From contig OY769902.1 in the NCBI GenBank assembly GCA_963669175.1, positions 320,001 through 384,000 of the forward strand: DNA of 64,000 bases, in the 5' to 3' direction. The DNA comes from a bacterium (GTDB taxonomy: Bacteria; Electryoneota; Electryoneia; Electryoneales; Electryoneaceae). Below are positions 51,258 through 62,143 of the stretch, piece by piece; position 1 is the first letter of the stretch, and each line of letters starts with the position of its first letter. The translations under genes were made by a program, and so were the position numbers. Under the pieces are notes generated by a model. That model was given only the letters and a program-made list of their open reading frames with translations, did no database searches and was not told the origin of the DNA.

Positions 51258-53843
51258 TCACAAGTTGTGATTAACATAAATAACACACTCACCGGAAAGA
51301 TTCTCAATCCCATTGATTTGCACACCTGTCAGAAAGCTGGCTGAATGATAAGAAACATCAGGAAAAGCTTCTTCGAAGGGTAGCGATAGAAAACGGTTGG
51401 CGCATCCATTCTCGTCGAGATCAATCAAGGGCGCACAATTATTGTGAGGCCCCGTGATCGCTACCGGATTAACATTCCCCAGGTTATCCACGATCCTGCC
51501 ACACTCTGAAGAGAAGGTCACCGATTGATCATTGATCCAATGATTGCAACCATCTACTATAAAGCAACTTAGCAGAAACGTCGCATCTTCTTCCATCTGG
51601 CTGTAGTTATAATTGCAAGGATCAACAAAGAAGCTGACCATACCATTCTGTAACGGCAGGTTGAAAAGCGTGGACGCAGATAGGAGTGCGCCATTCCGGT
51701 ACACATAGGGCACTGTCGCCGTTACCAATACAGTATCATTGGTATTCAGGCTGCGATAGGAAAGGAACGTATTGGCAATGTTACCATAAGATTGACCGTC
51801 CGGATTTTCATTGCCTGTTTGGGCGATTTGTCCGATACCTGCCGGACCTTCGATTGAAAACTCTACCGGTTTGCCTGTTGAAACCGGGTTATCCAGCTCA
51901 TCAAACAAGCTGGCGGCAACATTCAAAACGTACAACGCACCACCATCGTCCAAAGCTACAGGATCAATAGCAAGTTCCAGTTCTGCCGGTGGCCCGGCAA
52001 CCACACGAAGATCATTACAAAGTACCACAAGTGAATCTGAACGGTTTTCGTTCCGGTAGGTCCAGAATGTTACCTGTATTGCCCCCAACGCTCCGGAAGC
52101 GGAAACCTCAAACCTGGCGCGACCGTTGCTGATCGTAACGCTGTCAAAGGGGACATCATAAGGATTCCCGGGCGACGCGGGGCCGACATCGTTCAAGGTG
52201 GGTTGGGTGACCTGGGGATTATTCATTCCCGGGTAAATCGCCATCATCCCGTATATCACCGTCCCGTCGGCAGCAGGAGTATTCATGTCATCAAAAGCAT
52301 ATACGGTCAGCGTGGTTGTTGACTCCGCATCAGGAATATCTGCATGAACCAGCTCGTTTGATTCAACGTCCACGATCAAAGATAACAATCCCAGAGATCG
52401 CTCAACCTGGACGTCAACCGGATCAGTCGGAACATTGAAGCTGTTCTTGAAACGTGCATACACATGAGTGACATCTGCCTGGTTTTCAAAATCCAATGTC
52501 CAGTTTTCCACTCGGTTCCTGTATGCCTGCCATGTTGCCCCGGCAAACTCTGGATCATTGGAAACCTGCATGCTGTCGGCATGAGAACTGATCAGTTGCA
52601 GCGCCACAATATCTGTGGAAACCGTATTGCCCCCATACACCGTGATGGAACCTCGACCGGCATTCACCGCTGCAATACTGTCAATGGCTTCACCGATCAA
52701 CTGGAAGTCGTTTTTTACCTGGACGATGATCCGCTTATTTCCAAGCCCCTCCGTAACCTGCCATTCGATCTCGTCGGCATACGCCATCCAGTCTGGATCA
52801 TCAGGCATGGCACCGTTACCGATGGCGACATGTGTAGGATCACCAGTGGCGCTAAGGTTGAGTTTTACAAGTCTCGATATCGTATACTCACTGCTGTCAT
52901 TGATGGAAAATCCAACAGTCGGCGCTACCGGGTACACAGTCAGATTTGTCTGGGCTTCTATCTCGAATCCGTTGCGAACCTTGATGTGAATCATTTTGGG
53001 AGCCGGTCCCGGGAACAGTTCCCATTCGAAGGTCTGTTCAAACGGTACCCATTCCTCGTCTTCATCAAGCTCATTCAGGCTATCGGTATTGCTGACCACC
53101 ATTTCTGTCGCATTTCCCAGGGTTTGCAGGTCAATGGTCACGGATCGGAAGGATGTTGAATCTTCTCCGCCATTAGCCACAGCAGCCACCTCCGGAGCAA
53201 CGGGGTCAATGGTATCGAACAAACCTTTTACCGTATCGCCGGTTACCGTCAGATACTGGACATACACAGTTTTCGTGCCTTCTCCGGCAGGAAGAATCCA
53301 GGCGGCAACCGCCGACCAGGGCTCCCAATCCACCCACTCGAAATAATCTGTGTTGGACAATCGCATGGAATCGGCGTTTTCGGCTGGCAGGTAAATTCGG
53401 ACATGACGAATTTCGGTAGTTTCAGCGCCAAACTCAATGGAAATGTCATACCCCTCCATGATGCCATCCGCTCGAATCGATACCGGGGAGGTGTAATCGG
53501 AATACCCGGCTTCGTTATAGGCTCTCAACCTGTATGAATAATACACGCCCGGTAGTACATCCGTATCAATAAATTGGTTTTGCTGTACATCAATTCGTGA
53601 AAGCAGCATGAAAGACAGATCGCCCAGTTTCTGGCGTTCTATCGCATACTCTTCAGCATCCGCAGTGGTATCCGCCCAGGAAACCTGTATCCCTTCCTCC
53701 ACCGTTTCAATCTCCACATCGACAGGCGTTGATGGAGGGAGCAACACTGGAGTCACCGGATTGTCATCATCGTCTTTGTCACACCCAATCAGGAGGATGA
53801 ACACTCCCCAGAGGATCAGCGATAGTCGTAGTATTCGCCTCAT
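51258..53843 (-). CDS. Large surface lipoprotein with FN3 and repeated Ig-like domains
   Basis: Lipobox LIG-C; YSYRLRAYNEAGYSDY FN3; repeated W.L..GxGxK.(V/I) modules. Confidence 0.78.
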   Translation of the reverse strand: MRRILRLSLILWGVFILLIGCDKDDDDNPVTPVLLPPSTPVDVEIETVEEGIQVSWADTTADAEEYAIERQKLGDLSFMLLSRIDVQQNQFIDTDVLPGVYYSYRLRAYNEAGYSDYTSPVSIRADGIMEGYDISIEFGAETTEIRHVRIYLPAENADSMRLSNTDYFEWVDWEPWSAVAAWILPAGEGTKTVYVQYLTVTGDTVKGLFDTIDPVAPEVAAVANGGEDSTSFRSVTIDLQTLGNATEMVVSNTDSLNELDEDEEWVPFEQTFEWELFPGPAPKMIHIKVRNGFEIEAQTNLTVYPVAPTVGFSINDSSEYTISRLVKLNLSATGDPTHVAIGNGAMPDDPDWMAYADEIEWQVTEGLGNKRIIVQVKNDFQLIGEAIDSIAAVNAGRGSITVYGGNTVSTDIVALQLISSHADSMQVSNDPEFAGATWQAYRNRVENWTLDFENQADVTHVYARFKNSFNVPTDPVDVQVERSLGLLSLIVDVESNELVHADIPDAESTTTLTVYAFDDMNTPAADGTVIYGMMAIYPGMNNPQVTQPTLNDVGPASPGNPYDVPFDSVTISNGRARFEVSASGALGAIQVTFWTYRNENRSDSLVVLCNDLRVVAGPPAELELAIDPVALDDGGALYVLNVAASLFDELDNPVSTGKPVEFSIEGPAGIGQIAQTGNENPDGQSYGNIANTFLSYRSLNTNDTVLVTATVPYVYRNGALLSASTLFNLPLQNGMVSFFVDPCNYNYSQMEEDATFLLSCFIVDGCNHWINDQSVTFSSECGRIVDNLGNVNPVAITGPHNNCAPLIDLDENGCANRFLSLPFEEAFPDVSYHSASFLTGVQINGIENLSGECVIYVNHNL

Positions 53844-53904
53844 GCCAACTCCCAGTTCTTCAAACCTGACATTTGTTATAACAATAGTGCAATAGTCTGA
53901 ACCT

Positions 53905-56658
53905 CTAGTCGTATACTTGATGAGTAAGCGATATCGTAATGGGTTGTATGAACAGGCTATCGAATCCGATCACTCGCGCTTGAACCAGAACCTCAGATGC
54001 TGTAATTCTGGGATCCGGAAAAGCTTCGTAAAATGTCACGATCAGGTACCGCTGCGCGACTCCCGGGGCATCAGCATCATGGTAGGGCGCATAAAGATCT
54101 ACTGGTCCCGTCAATGCACTGTTGCCTGCATAAAATGGCAATGCGTTGCTGGTCCGATAGTAAACACCTGTGTTCGTATAGAATCGAACCTCTTGCCCGT
54201 TTATCGCTACTCCATGCCCATCGGTAAGACTGAGTTGAACATCAAAAGCCGGCTCAGTCATATCATCCCAAAATGTGAAGTTCTGAGGATCCGCGTTAAG
54301 TTGCACCGCCGGTTGCTGCAGGGGGAGTCTGATACTCTCCAACGTCCTGGTGACGGCTCCTCCATCATCCAATGTGATGTCTGCCCGGATGTTCACAGAG
54401 TCGTTGGTTGCCTCACTTGGGAAGGTCAATGTGGCAAAGGCCACCCCGGGGGTGCTGATTCCTTCAAAAGGACTGCTGTTCCCTACATAAGCTGATTCCG
54501 TAATAGAAGCGATTGCCGGTTCAATACTGAAGGTTACGAGAGTACCTTCCCGTGCCGGGCTCCCCGCAGCATCCAGCGCCAGCGCCGACACTTCCAGTGA
54601 CCACAAGGAACCGCCCGCATGAACACCTTCCATGCCAACAGACAGGGATAGTGATTCAGGAATACCGTTTAAAATGGAAATGTGCCTGGTCACAAGCACT
54701 GAATCGTCACATGTTTCAGGATCTGTATGCACCCACGCCCGCACCCTGGCCATACCCCCCACACTACCGGCGCTGAATGTCGCAGTACAGGTTCCCTGGT
54801 AGGTTTCCACGAACGTATAGGGCGCATGATAGGGATTATTTGTATCATCAATCCCGTTGATTGATGGAGAGCGAGTAGTGGCGTCATCCATACCGGGATA
54901 GTGATCGATCAGGAAATGGACCGGGAGATTTCCCGGGTAGGGTTCGCCATTCCATGATTCTATGCTTACCTGTAATTCGGTTTGATCCGGGTACTCCGGA
55001 GCAGCCGGCTGGCCTGGGTTGATGTTCACGTATACCGTATCCGATAACATGGTCAGCTCAAAACTGTCTTGAACATTATTGGCTACGATCACGGTTGTTT
55101 CGGATGTGCCTGAAATGGCTTGAAAACTGTTTTTGCAGCGCGCGAATACAGTTGCAGTCTGCGAAAGTGTGTCCACATCCAGGGGCCAGTTTTCGATATC
55201 GCCACGATAATCCCGCCAAACCGCGTCTGTAAACGATGCGTCATTCGACACCTGCACCGAATCGGTGTATGCAGCGATAATACGCAATGTCACCTGCGGG
55301 GTTGTCACATACTGCCCTTCCTCGGGCTCAAAAAGTTGAATCACAGACGGCATGGGACAGATGGTTACAGAATCTGTAGCCTCCAGCCCGAAACTGTTCC
55401 TGATTGTGACAGCTACCTTTTTTACTGACAGCCCTGCAAGCAGCATCCAATCCAATTGTGAAGCATACGGTTGCCATTCGTCCAGTTCATCCAGGTCATC
55501 AGAGCCAGCGCCTGGATGCTGCGCTTTGCTTTGTCTGCCCTTGTCGGATGTGGACGTTATCGGATCAGGAATGTTCCGGACCTGCATTTCCCTGGGTTCG
55601 CCACTGGATTGCAATGACAGCGTCACACGACGTTCATCCGTGGAATCAGCGCCATTATTAATCGTCATTTGAACAACAGGTGCGGCCGGTTCAATGCTTG
55701 CCGTGGCGGATGTAGCAATCAGAAAATCGTTGCGAACATGGACTTTGACAGTTTTCGTGCCTTCCCCTGAAGAAAGCACCCATTCTGCAAACGGGACAAA
55801 CGGCTCCCACTCTTCATCTTCATCGAGTTCTTTTGATTGTGCTGAAGATATCATGGTGTCATCTGTCGGCTTCTTTTGAGCCGTTTCCACAGAATCAATA
55901 TTCTCGATATACATTTCAGTCACTGCACCTGTGACCTGCAAAGAAAGACTGACCTCACGCGAATCTGTTTCACCGGCTCCACCATTGATAACAAAATCGA
56001 CGACTGGCATTTCGGGAATGATGGAATCTTCTACCGGATCAAGCGTATCCCCATCTGTGCTAATTACCTGAAGAAAAACCTGCTTTAGACCGGACCCCGT
56101 ATCCAAGGTCCAGTTTCGTATCATGACAAATGGTTCCCATTCGGATTCTGCAAACGCATCCTCATTGGAAAGGCGCATCTGGGTGACATTGTCTGCCTGG
56201 ATAAACAGCACCACATCACGACTGTTAGTGGTCAATGAACCGTAATTGATAAAAACCTGGGGGCTGGTGATTTCGCCGGTAGGAGTTGCGGATACTGTGC
56301 TTGAATAGTCGGAGAAACCTTTCAGATTTCCCGCTCGTACACGATACGAACAGGGCAACCCGGTCAGCAGGTTCTGATCTTTGTAATCCTCAACATCCGC
56401 GCCCAGTTGGGTTATCTGCTGAAAGGAATTATCGTCACCCATTGAGCGTTCGACATAGTAATAGTCCTCGTTATCGGCCACGTCATGCCAATGCAATACC
56501 AGTTCCTGGTCATCGCCGGGAGCTACGCTCAAGCTTTCAGGTGCGGCTGGAGATGTTACTACAACAGCATTGCCGGCAGGGGAATCATCATCTTCCGAAC
56601 AACTGAGTGCGAGAAAGAAAACACAACAAGCCATTGTCAAGGTAACGACCTGTTTCAT
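53905..56658 (-). CDS. Large surface lipoprotein, tandem paralog
   Basis: Lipobox ALS-C; SYRVRAGNLKGFSDY; same module order as the neighbour. Confidence 0.78.
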   Translation of the reverse strand: MKQVVTLTMACCVFFLALSCSEDDDSPAGNAVVVTSPAAPESLSVAPGDDQELVLHWHDVADNEDYYYVERSMGDDNSFQQITQLGADVEDYKDQNLLTGLPCSYRVRAGNLKGFSDYSSTVSATPTGEITSPQVFINYGSLTTNSRDVVLFIQADNVTQMRLSNEDAFAESEWEPFVMIRNWTLDTGSGLKQVFLQVISTDGDTLDPVEDSIIPEMPVVDFVINGGAGETDSREVSLSLQVTGAVTEMYIENIDSVETAQKKPTDDTMISSAQSKELDEDEEWEPFVPFAEWVLSSGEGTKTVKVHVRNDFLIATSATASIEPAAPVVQMTINNGADSTDERRVTLSLQSSGEPREMQVRNIPDPITSTSDKGRQSKAQHPGAGSDDLDELDEWQPYASQLDWMLLAGLSVKKVAVTIRNSFGLEATDSVTICPMPSVIQLFEPEEGQYVTTPQVTLRIIAAYTDSVQVSNDASFTDAVWRDYRGDIENWPLDVDTLSQTATVFARCKNSFQAISGTSETTVIVANNVQDSFELTMLSDTVYVNINPGQPAAPEYPDQTELQVSIESWNGEPYPGNLPVHFLIDHYPGMDDATTRSPSINGIDDTNNPYHAPYTFVETYQGTCTATFSAGSVGGMARVRAWVHTDPETCDDSVLVTRHISILNGIPESLSLSVGMEGVHAGGSLWSLEVSALALDAAGSPAREGTLVTFSIEPAIASITESAYVGNSSPFEGISTPGVAFATLTFPSEATNDSVNIRADITLDDGGAVTRTLESIRLPLQQPAVQLNADPQNFTFWDDMTEPAFDVQLSLTDGHGVAINGQEVRFYTNTGVYYRTSNALPFYAGNSALTGPVDLYAPYHDADAPGVAQRYLIVTFYEAFPDPRITASEVLVQARVIGFDSLFIQPITISLTHQVYD

Positions 56659-56925
56659 CCTTTATCCTCCGTAAGCAAATCAGCGTATTCAGTCCAGATA
56701 TCCTGTGAATGGGATATAGCAAGTTGGTTCACCCGAGCCAGGCTCAGGGGAAAATGCGGGGTGCGTTTTTGTATTCCTTCTCACACGGCCCTCCACCGTG
56801 TTCAGGAACTCGTGCGGCTCATACACCGATTCATGTGAATCGGTGCACAAGAATAAATATACCGGTTCTCTGTCATCTTCTTCAAGTTCAATACAACCAT
56901 CAAAGCAAAAACCTTCTCATCCTCC

Positions 56926-58461
56926 CTATGCTTTTTGTGGCCATGTTTCTATTCTATGACAAAGCTCTTTTATGGCTTTTTCTGACGATTCACTGCCCGC
57001 AAAAGAACATTCCGCAACTCGCAAGGGTTCAGACTTCGGAACAGCCAGCGCCTTCTCCAGAACACTCGCGTGATCCTCTGGATCCTCACAGATTATCATT
57101 ACACCTTCATCCACATATTCCCTGTATCGCTCACGACTCTCTTCCGACATCAGGATGCTGGTCAGACCGAAAGCTAAAGCTTCCACAGCACAGGTTGAAT
57201 ACCAGGTATAATGAATATCGCTGACGTTGAAAAGAGTATATAAAGGTATCTCTGTAGCTTCACGAACATTGACATTGTCGAATTCAGCGAATTGCCGTTC
57301 CACGTCGTCAATCGTCAATTCCATGCTTCGATGCAGCCGAATCAACCACAGCGTATCGTTGCCGCAGCTTTTAATGAAGGCTTTTACCTGGTCTTCGTAA
57401 GGAACACGATGCTGAAGTGTTATCAGGTGAACCTTACGATATCCGCTGCGAAGTTCTGACGCTTGCTTGAATTTCGAAACGGATTCCGGTATCAGGTTGG
57501 CCCGCCACTTGTTCAGCCACGCATTGCCGACCAGGTAGACATTATCGGATGGAACCAGGTTTTGATTCCTGTTCAGAAGGTTATCACGGTTTTCGCCACC
57601 CCAAACCAGGAACACATCCGGGATAATTTCCATCCGTGTGTCTTCTGGATTATGCCATTGGCTGTAGGCAACATGCTCGGCATGCTGGGAACCATGCTGC
57701 AGATCCATTGTGGGAATTCCGCATCGCTTCGCTGCAATACTGGCGGCTTGTGCGTATGGCGAGTACCATGTATCCACTACAATCGCTTTGAAGCCATGTG
57801 TCTTAATAAAACGCTCAAACCACTTACTGAACAACTTTTGAAATATTAACCTTTTCCGATAGTAACTCCAGGAAAAACGCTGCAGATCATGCATTCCGGC
57901 ATACTCATCCAACTCCTTAAACCATGGCGGTGGCGCGAGTTTCCGGGATCGGTATAAATAATACTTTGACAGTAAATCATAGGCGTTTATCATATAAAAC
58001 AAGTTCAACTTCGTATCATTTTGATTTATCTCCACATCATCAGTATAACAGCGCAGTACTTCACAATTATTATTTTCAAACAATTCAACAACAGGATCTA
58101 CTACATAATTATACTTGTTTCCATCTATTACCATCTCCCTGCTTCTGCTTGTCAAAACCAGGATTTTATTTCTTCCGGATTTTGATATTTCCCTGAGTGA
58201 TTTGTAGTTCGTGTTAAACGCAGCAATATTCCCGTTCGCCAACTTGATCAGTGTATTGATTTTGTGGAAAATACCACTTTTTGAACCTGCTTTCTGTACA
58301 CTATCTTTTTCTCCCAGGGACAGTGTTGTTTTGTTAAAATAGTAAAAAAAGGTGTCTACCTTTAACATTGGCCATACATGAATATTATTATACCTATATT
58401 CTTTCACATTATGGGTATTCTCATAATCATGAAATGCATCTAAAAGACTTTGCATATCCAT
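56926..58461 (-). CDS. GT-B-like surface polysaccharide biosynthesis protein
   Basis: IPTMDLQHGSQ, PDVFLVWG, IRLH, YSTCAVEALAFG; AT-rich 5' half. Confidence 0.6.
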   Translation of the reverse strand: MDMQSLLDAFHDYENTHNVKEYRYNNIHVWPMLKVDTFFYYFNKTTLSLGEKDSVQKAGSKSGIFHKINTLIKLANGNIAAFNTNYKSLREISKSGRNKILVLTSRSREMVIDGNKYNYVVDPVVELFENNNCEVLRCYTDDVEINQNDTKLNLFYMINAYDLLSKYYLYRSRKLAPPPWFKELDEYAGMHDLQRFSWSYYRKRLIFQKLFSKWFERFIKTHGFKAIVVDTWYSPYAQAASIAAKRCGIPTMDLQHGSQHAEHVAYSQWHNPEDTRMEIIPDVFLVWGGENRDNLLNRNQNLVPSDNVYLVGNAWLNKWRANLIPESVSKFKQASELRSGYRKVHLITLQHRVPYEDQVKAFIKSCGNDTLWLIRLHRSMELTIDDVERQFAEFDNVNVREATEIPLYTLFNVSDIHYTWYSTCAVEALAFGLTSILMSEESRERYREYVDEGVMIICEDPEDHASVLEKALAVPKSEPLRVAECSFAGSESSEKAIKELCHRIETWPQKA

Positions 58462-58559
58462 CGGTACAGTACCCTCTTGATGTTTCCCCAAGCACAGAAT
58501 GCGGTTCATCCTGTGTTTATTGCTGTTCTCGATTTTATTCCGACATAATAAAGATTGCC

Positions 58560-58751
58560 GGGAAAAGGGGACGGGATCCTTTTCCTCGCGCGCATATGAA
58601 ACACTCTCGCCGAACTTGTGGAAAAGGAAACTGTACCCTTTTCCGTGTACGTCCTGCCTGATCTCAAGAAAAAGGGTACAGCCACCTTTCCCGGTCCATG
58701 CTCACAGCGGGAAGGCTTTGCCCCAGGGAAAGGAAACTGTCCCCTTTTTCC
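58560..58751 (+). repeat. Family C four-hairpin repeat, uninterrupted; contains an empty IS target
   Basis: Same four hairpins as at 24031; the fourth is GGAAAGGAAACTGTCCCCTTTTTCC. Confidence 0.85.
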
Positions 58752-59069
58752 ATATCCTTATCCTTTATTCCAACCATATGGTTGACCTTTCACTGATCTG
58801 GCACATGACCACATGACGGAATAATAATGGGAATCGCTATATCGATGCAATATAAGGATCAGTTACCGGTTAGTGCTTCAATCAACTGCAATTTCGGAGT
58901 GGGATCACTCGGGAAACAGGCGCCCTGCCTATATCGAATTTGGATGTCGTTCACTCGTTTTTGACAAGTCGAAATACCCACTTCGGGCTAAAGTTTCGTC
59001 AGAATAAAACATGCGAACTTGCCAGAGTTCGCATGTACTGTATTCCCAATGCTGTATCTGAAATGTTGG

Positions 59070-59816
59070 TTATTCTGCCTCGTTTCCTTCCGCCACTTCC
59101 GCTTCCGCTTGCTGTTCTTCAAGGTACGCCAACGGATCACCGTTGAATTCATCCCCCTGTGGCGCTTTCGGGCTGGGTGGATTGGAGCCGCGCAGGGTAA
59201 ACGCATAGCTCGACACCTGCAAAAGCTGAGTGTCATCCATTTGGTTCTTCCAGGCGATCATCCCTTTGGCCGGAACACCAAACTTGATGGTGTGGTATTC
59301 TTCGGCGAATGTACCGCCATGAATCCAGAACTTGTCCGCCAGGTTTGGCCCGATATCACCAGCGCCGCCATTGGCATGACAGGACACACAATTCTCCACA
59401 AAAAGCGTTTCCCCCGCCGATAGCGATGCCTGATCGGTTAACGGCGCCATGGTCCAGTCCACCTTCGCCTCGCCATCACCCTTGATCACCTTGGAGAAAA
59501 TCTCCGCCTGGGTCGGTTCCGGGCGCTGGTTGTCATAGGGCGCGTGGAACGGTGGCAGCAGTATCTCCGCAAGTGTAGTCTCACGGTATTCCGGCAAGGC
59601 TTTGTAATTGACATCCACCGCTTTGTGATACTCTTCCACCTGCGTATCGCCAATCCCTAGAATTGTATAGAAAAACAGGTAGATAATCCCCATCACCACA
59701 GTAATCACAAAGAACCAGTTGTACCAGCGCGGCAGGTTGTTATCATATTCCCTGATTCCGTCATAATCATGATCCAGGAGAATATCGGTCTCGTCTTTTT
59801 TACGTTTCCCTACCAT
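59070..59816 (-). CDS. ccoP: cbb3-type cytochrome c oxidase subunit III (single heme)
   Basis: DHDYDGIREYDNNLPRW, one CVSCH, GPNLAD, KGMIAW. Confidence 0.92.
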   Translation of the reverse strand: MVGKRKKDETDILLDHDYDGIREYDNNLPRWYNWFFVITVVMGIIYLFFYTILGIGDTQVEEYHKAVDVNYKALPEYRETTLAEILLPPFHAPYDNQRPEPTQAEIFSKVIKGDGEAKVDWTMAPLTDQASLSAGETLFVENCVSCHANGGAGDIGPNLADKFWIHGGTFAEEYHTIKFGVPAKGMIAWKNQMDDTQLLQVSSYAFTLRGSNPPSPKAPQGDEFNGDPLAYLEEQQAEAEVAEGNEAE

Positions 59817-59822
59817 GGTCGG

Positions 59823-60002
59823 TCACCCTTCCTGTTCGGCTTCATCCGCCGAATCCAATGGCAAAGACGCACAATACTCACGGTCTTCTTTGTTCAGCAT
59901 CATGGCGCGTATGGATACCATGACAAACGTCAGGAAAAACAACGTCATGGAGACTACCGGCATCCAGCCGCCATCTACCAACCCCTTCAGCATTTCTCTC
60001 AT
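59823..60002 (-). CDS. ccoQ: cbb3 oxidase small subunit IV (59 aa, not in ORF track)
   Basis: MREMLKGLVDGGWMPVVSMTLFFLTFVMVSIRAMMLNKEDREYCASLPLD...; ATGA overlap with the ccoNO stop; one TM then LPL(D). Confidence 0.8.
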   Translation of the reverse strand: MREMLKGLVDGGWMPVVSMTLFFLTFVMVSIRAMMLNKEDREYCASLPLDSADEAEQEG

Positions 60003-62143
60003 CGGATCGGCACCTCGCCTTCAGGAACATTTTTGATATCTGTGCCGAGACGTTGCAGATAGGCTGTCAATGCCACGATATCACTGTCCCACGCTGCTTT
60101 CATACCGGATTCTTCAAGGGTACGGCTGATTACTTCCGCCTGGGATCGCATGTCATGCGGGGCGACATCTTCATACCCTTCCGGGTAAGGCACACCAAGC
60201 TTGCGCATCGCCTTGATCTTGCCCGGGATATCATCCACAGAATACTTGGTATCGATCAACCAGGGGAATGGCGGCATGATTGATCCCGGCGACATGCTGG
60301 GCGGATCCTTCATATGCCCGTAATGCCACGCATCCGGGTATTTGCCGCCTTCACGAGCCAGGTCCGGCCCGGTACGTTTCGAGCCCCACAGGAACGGGTG
60401 ATCATAAACAAATTCACCGGCCTTGGAATACTCGCCATAGCGTTCAACTTCATCCCGGAACGGGCGAATCTGCTGCGAATGGCACCCAAGACACCCTTCA
60501 CGGATGTATACATCTCGCCCTTCCAGCTCCAGCGGCGTATACGGTTTCACCGAACTGATGGTGGGAACATTGGACTTGATCGTCCACATCGGCACCAGCT
60601 CAATCATGGACCCGATAAGAATGGCTACCAACGCCAGTACAGTAAAGGTGATCGCACGGCTTTCCAGCGCGTAATGGAAATAGCCCTTCTTTGCTTCGGC
60701 ACGATACCCGGCAGGCGCTGTCATGGTTACATACTTCTCCAGCTTGCCCTTGTGCATGGTGAAGGCAAGGTTGAAGAACATGATGATCACACCGGTCAGG
60801 TACAGGATGCCACCGATGGCACGCACAACATGAAACGGTACAATTTGAAGCGTAATCTCAAGGAAATTCGGATAGGCCAGCACACCTTCCGGGGTGAACT
60901 GTTTCCACATCAGCCCCTGGGTCCAGGCGGCCACCCATAACGGCACCACGTAAAAGATGATTCCAAGCGTACCGATCCAGAAATGGACATTCGCCCACTT
61001 CTTCGATGCCAGCTCGGTTTTATAGATCTGTGGAATCAGCCAGTACAGCATGCCGAAGGTCAGGAAACCGTTCCAGCCCAAGGTTCCCACATGGACATGG
61101 GCAATGGTCCAGTCGGTGTAGTGACTGATAGAGTTGACAGTCTTCAGAGCAAGCGTCGGCCCTTCGAGGGTTGCCATCGCATAGGCCGTCACCGCTACAA
61201 CCATGAACCGCAGCTCCGGTTGTTCACGAAGTTTGTGCCACGCTCCCCGCAAAGTCAGCAATCCGTTTAACGCACCGCCCCACGACGGCGCGATCAGCAT
61301 AATCGAAAATACGGTACCCAATGATTGCAGCCAGGGCGGCAGCGAGGTGTATAGCAGATGATGCGGCCCGGCCCAGATATAAATGAAAATCAATGCCCAG
61401 AAATGAATGATGGATAGACGATAGCTGAAGACCGGACGATTGGCCGCTTTCGGCATGTAGTAATACATCAGGCCCAGGAAGGGGGTAGTCAGGAAAAACG
61501 CCACCGCATTGTGTCCGTACCACCATTGCACCAACGCATCCTGTACGCCCGGGAAAATGGTGTAGCTTTTCATCAGGCTGACCGGGAGCGCCAGGTTGTT
61601 GATGATATACAGCACCGCAACCGTGATCCATGTGGAGATGTAGAACCAGATCGCCACGTACAGGTGTTTCTCACGACGTTGCAGCAGGGTGCCCATCATA
61701 TTGACGCCGAAAATCACCCAGATGATAACGACGGCAATATCCAGCGGCCATTCCAGCTCGGCGTATTCATGGGTCTGCGTGTAACCCAGCAGGTAGGTGA
61801 TTGCGCCGATCAGGATGATCAACTGCCAGCCCCAGAAATGCACCAGGGCGAGGGTACGGCTATACAGTTCTGTACGGCAGAGGCGCGGCACCGAATGGTA
61901 GACACCCAGGAAAATGGCGTTACCGACAAACGCGAAAATCACCGCGTTGGTGTGGACCGGACGCATGCGGCCAAAGGTGGTCTGTGCAAGGCCGAGGTTG
62001 GCGCCGGGAATGAATATCTCAAGGGCAACCCAGATGCCCACAAACATTCCCACAATGCCCCAGAAAATCGTGGCCTTGGCGAACAGATCCACTATGCCGT
62101 TGTCGTACCGGTACGTTTCCAGCTTGTCCGTAAGTTCGGGCAT
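59999..62143 (-). CDS. ccoN: cbb3-type cytochrome c oxidase fused subunits I and II (CcoN-CcoO)
   Basis: RPVHTNAVIF, WWYGHNAV, WAGPHH, IAHVH; then EGCLGCHSQ and GSKRTGPDL; start 62143 after GGAG. Confidence 0.95.
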   Translation of the reverse strand: MPELTDKLETYRYDNGIVDLFAKATIFWGIVGMFVGIWVALEIFIPGANLGLAQTTFGRMRPVHTNAVIFAFVGNAIFLGVYHSVPRLCRTELYSRTLALVHFWGWQLIILIGAITYLLGYTQTHEYAELEWPLDIAVVIIWVIFGVNMMGTLLQRREKHLYVAIWFYISTWITVAVLYIINNLALPVSLMKSYTIFPGVQDALVQWWYGHNAVAFFLTTPFLGLMYYYMPKAANRPVFSYRLSIIHFWALIFIYIWAGPHHLLYTSLPPWLQSLGTVFSIMLIAPSWGGALNGLLTLRGAWHKLREQPELRFMVVAVTAYAMATLEGPTLALKTVNSISHYTDWTIAHVHVGTLGWNGFLTFGMLYWLIPQIYKTELASKKWANVHFWIGTLGIIFYVVPLWVAAWTQGLMWKQFTPEGVLAYPNFLEITLQIVPFHVVRAIGGILYLTGVIIMFFNLAFTMHKGKLEKYVTMTAPAGYRAEAKKGYFHYALESRAITFTVLALVAILIGSMIELVPMWTIKSNVPTISSVKPYTPLELEGRDVYIREGCLGCHSQQIRPFRDEVERYGEYSKAGEFVYDHPFLWGSKRTGPDLAREGGKYPDAWHYGHMKDPPSMSPGSIMPPFPWLIDTKYSVDDIPGKIKAMRKLGVPYPEGYEDVAPHDMRSQAEVISRTLEESGMKAAWDSDIVALTAYLQRLGTDIKNVPEGEVPIR

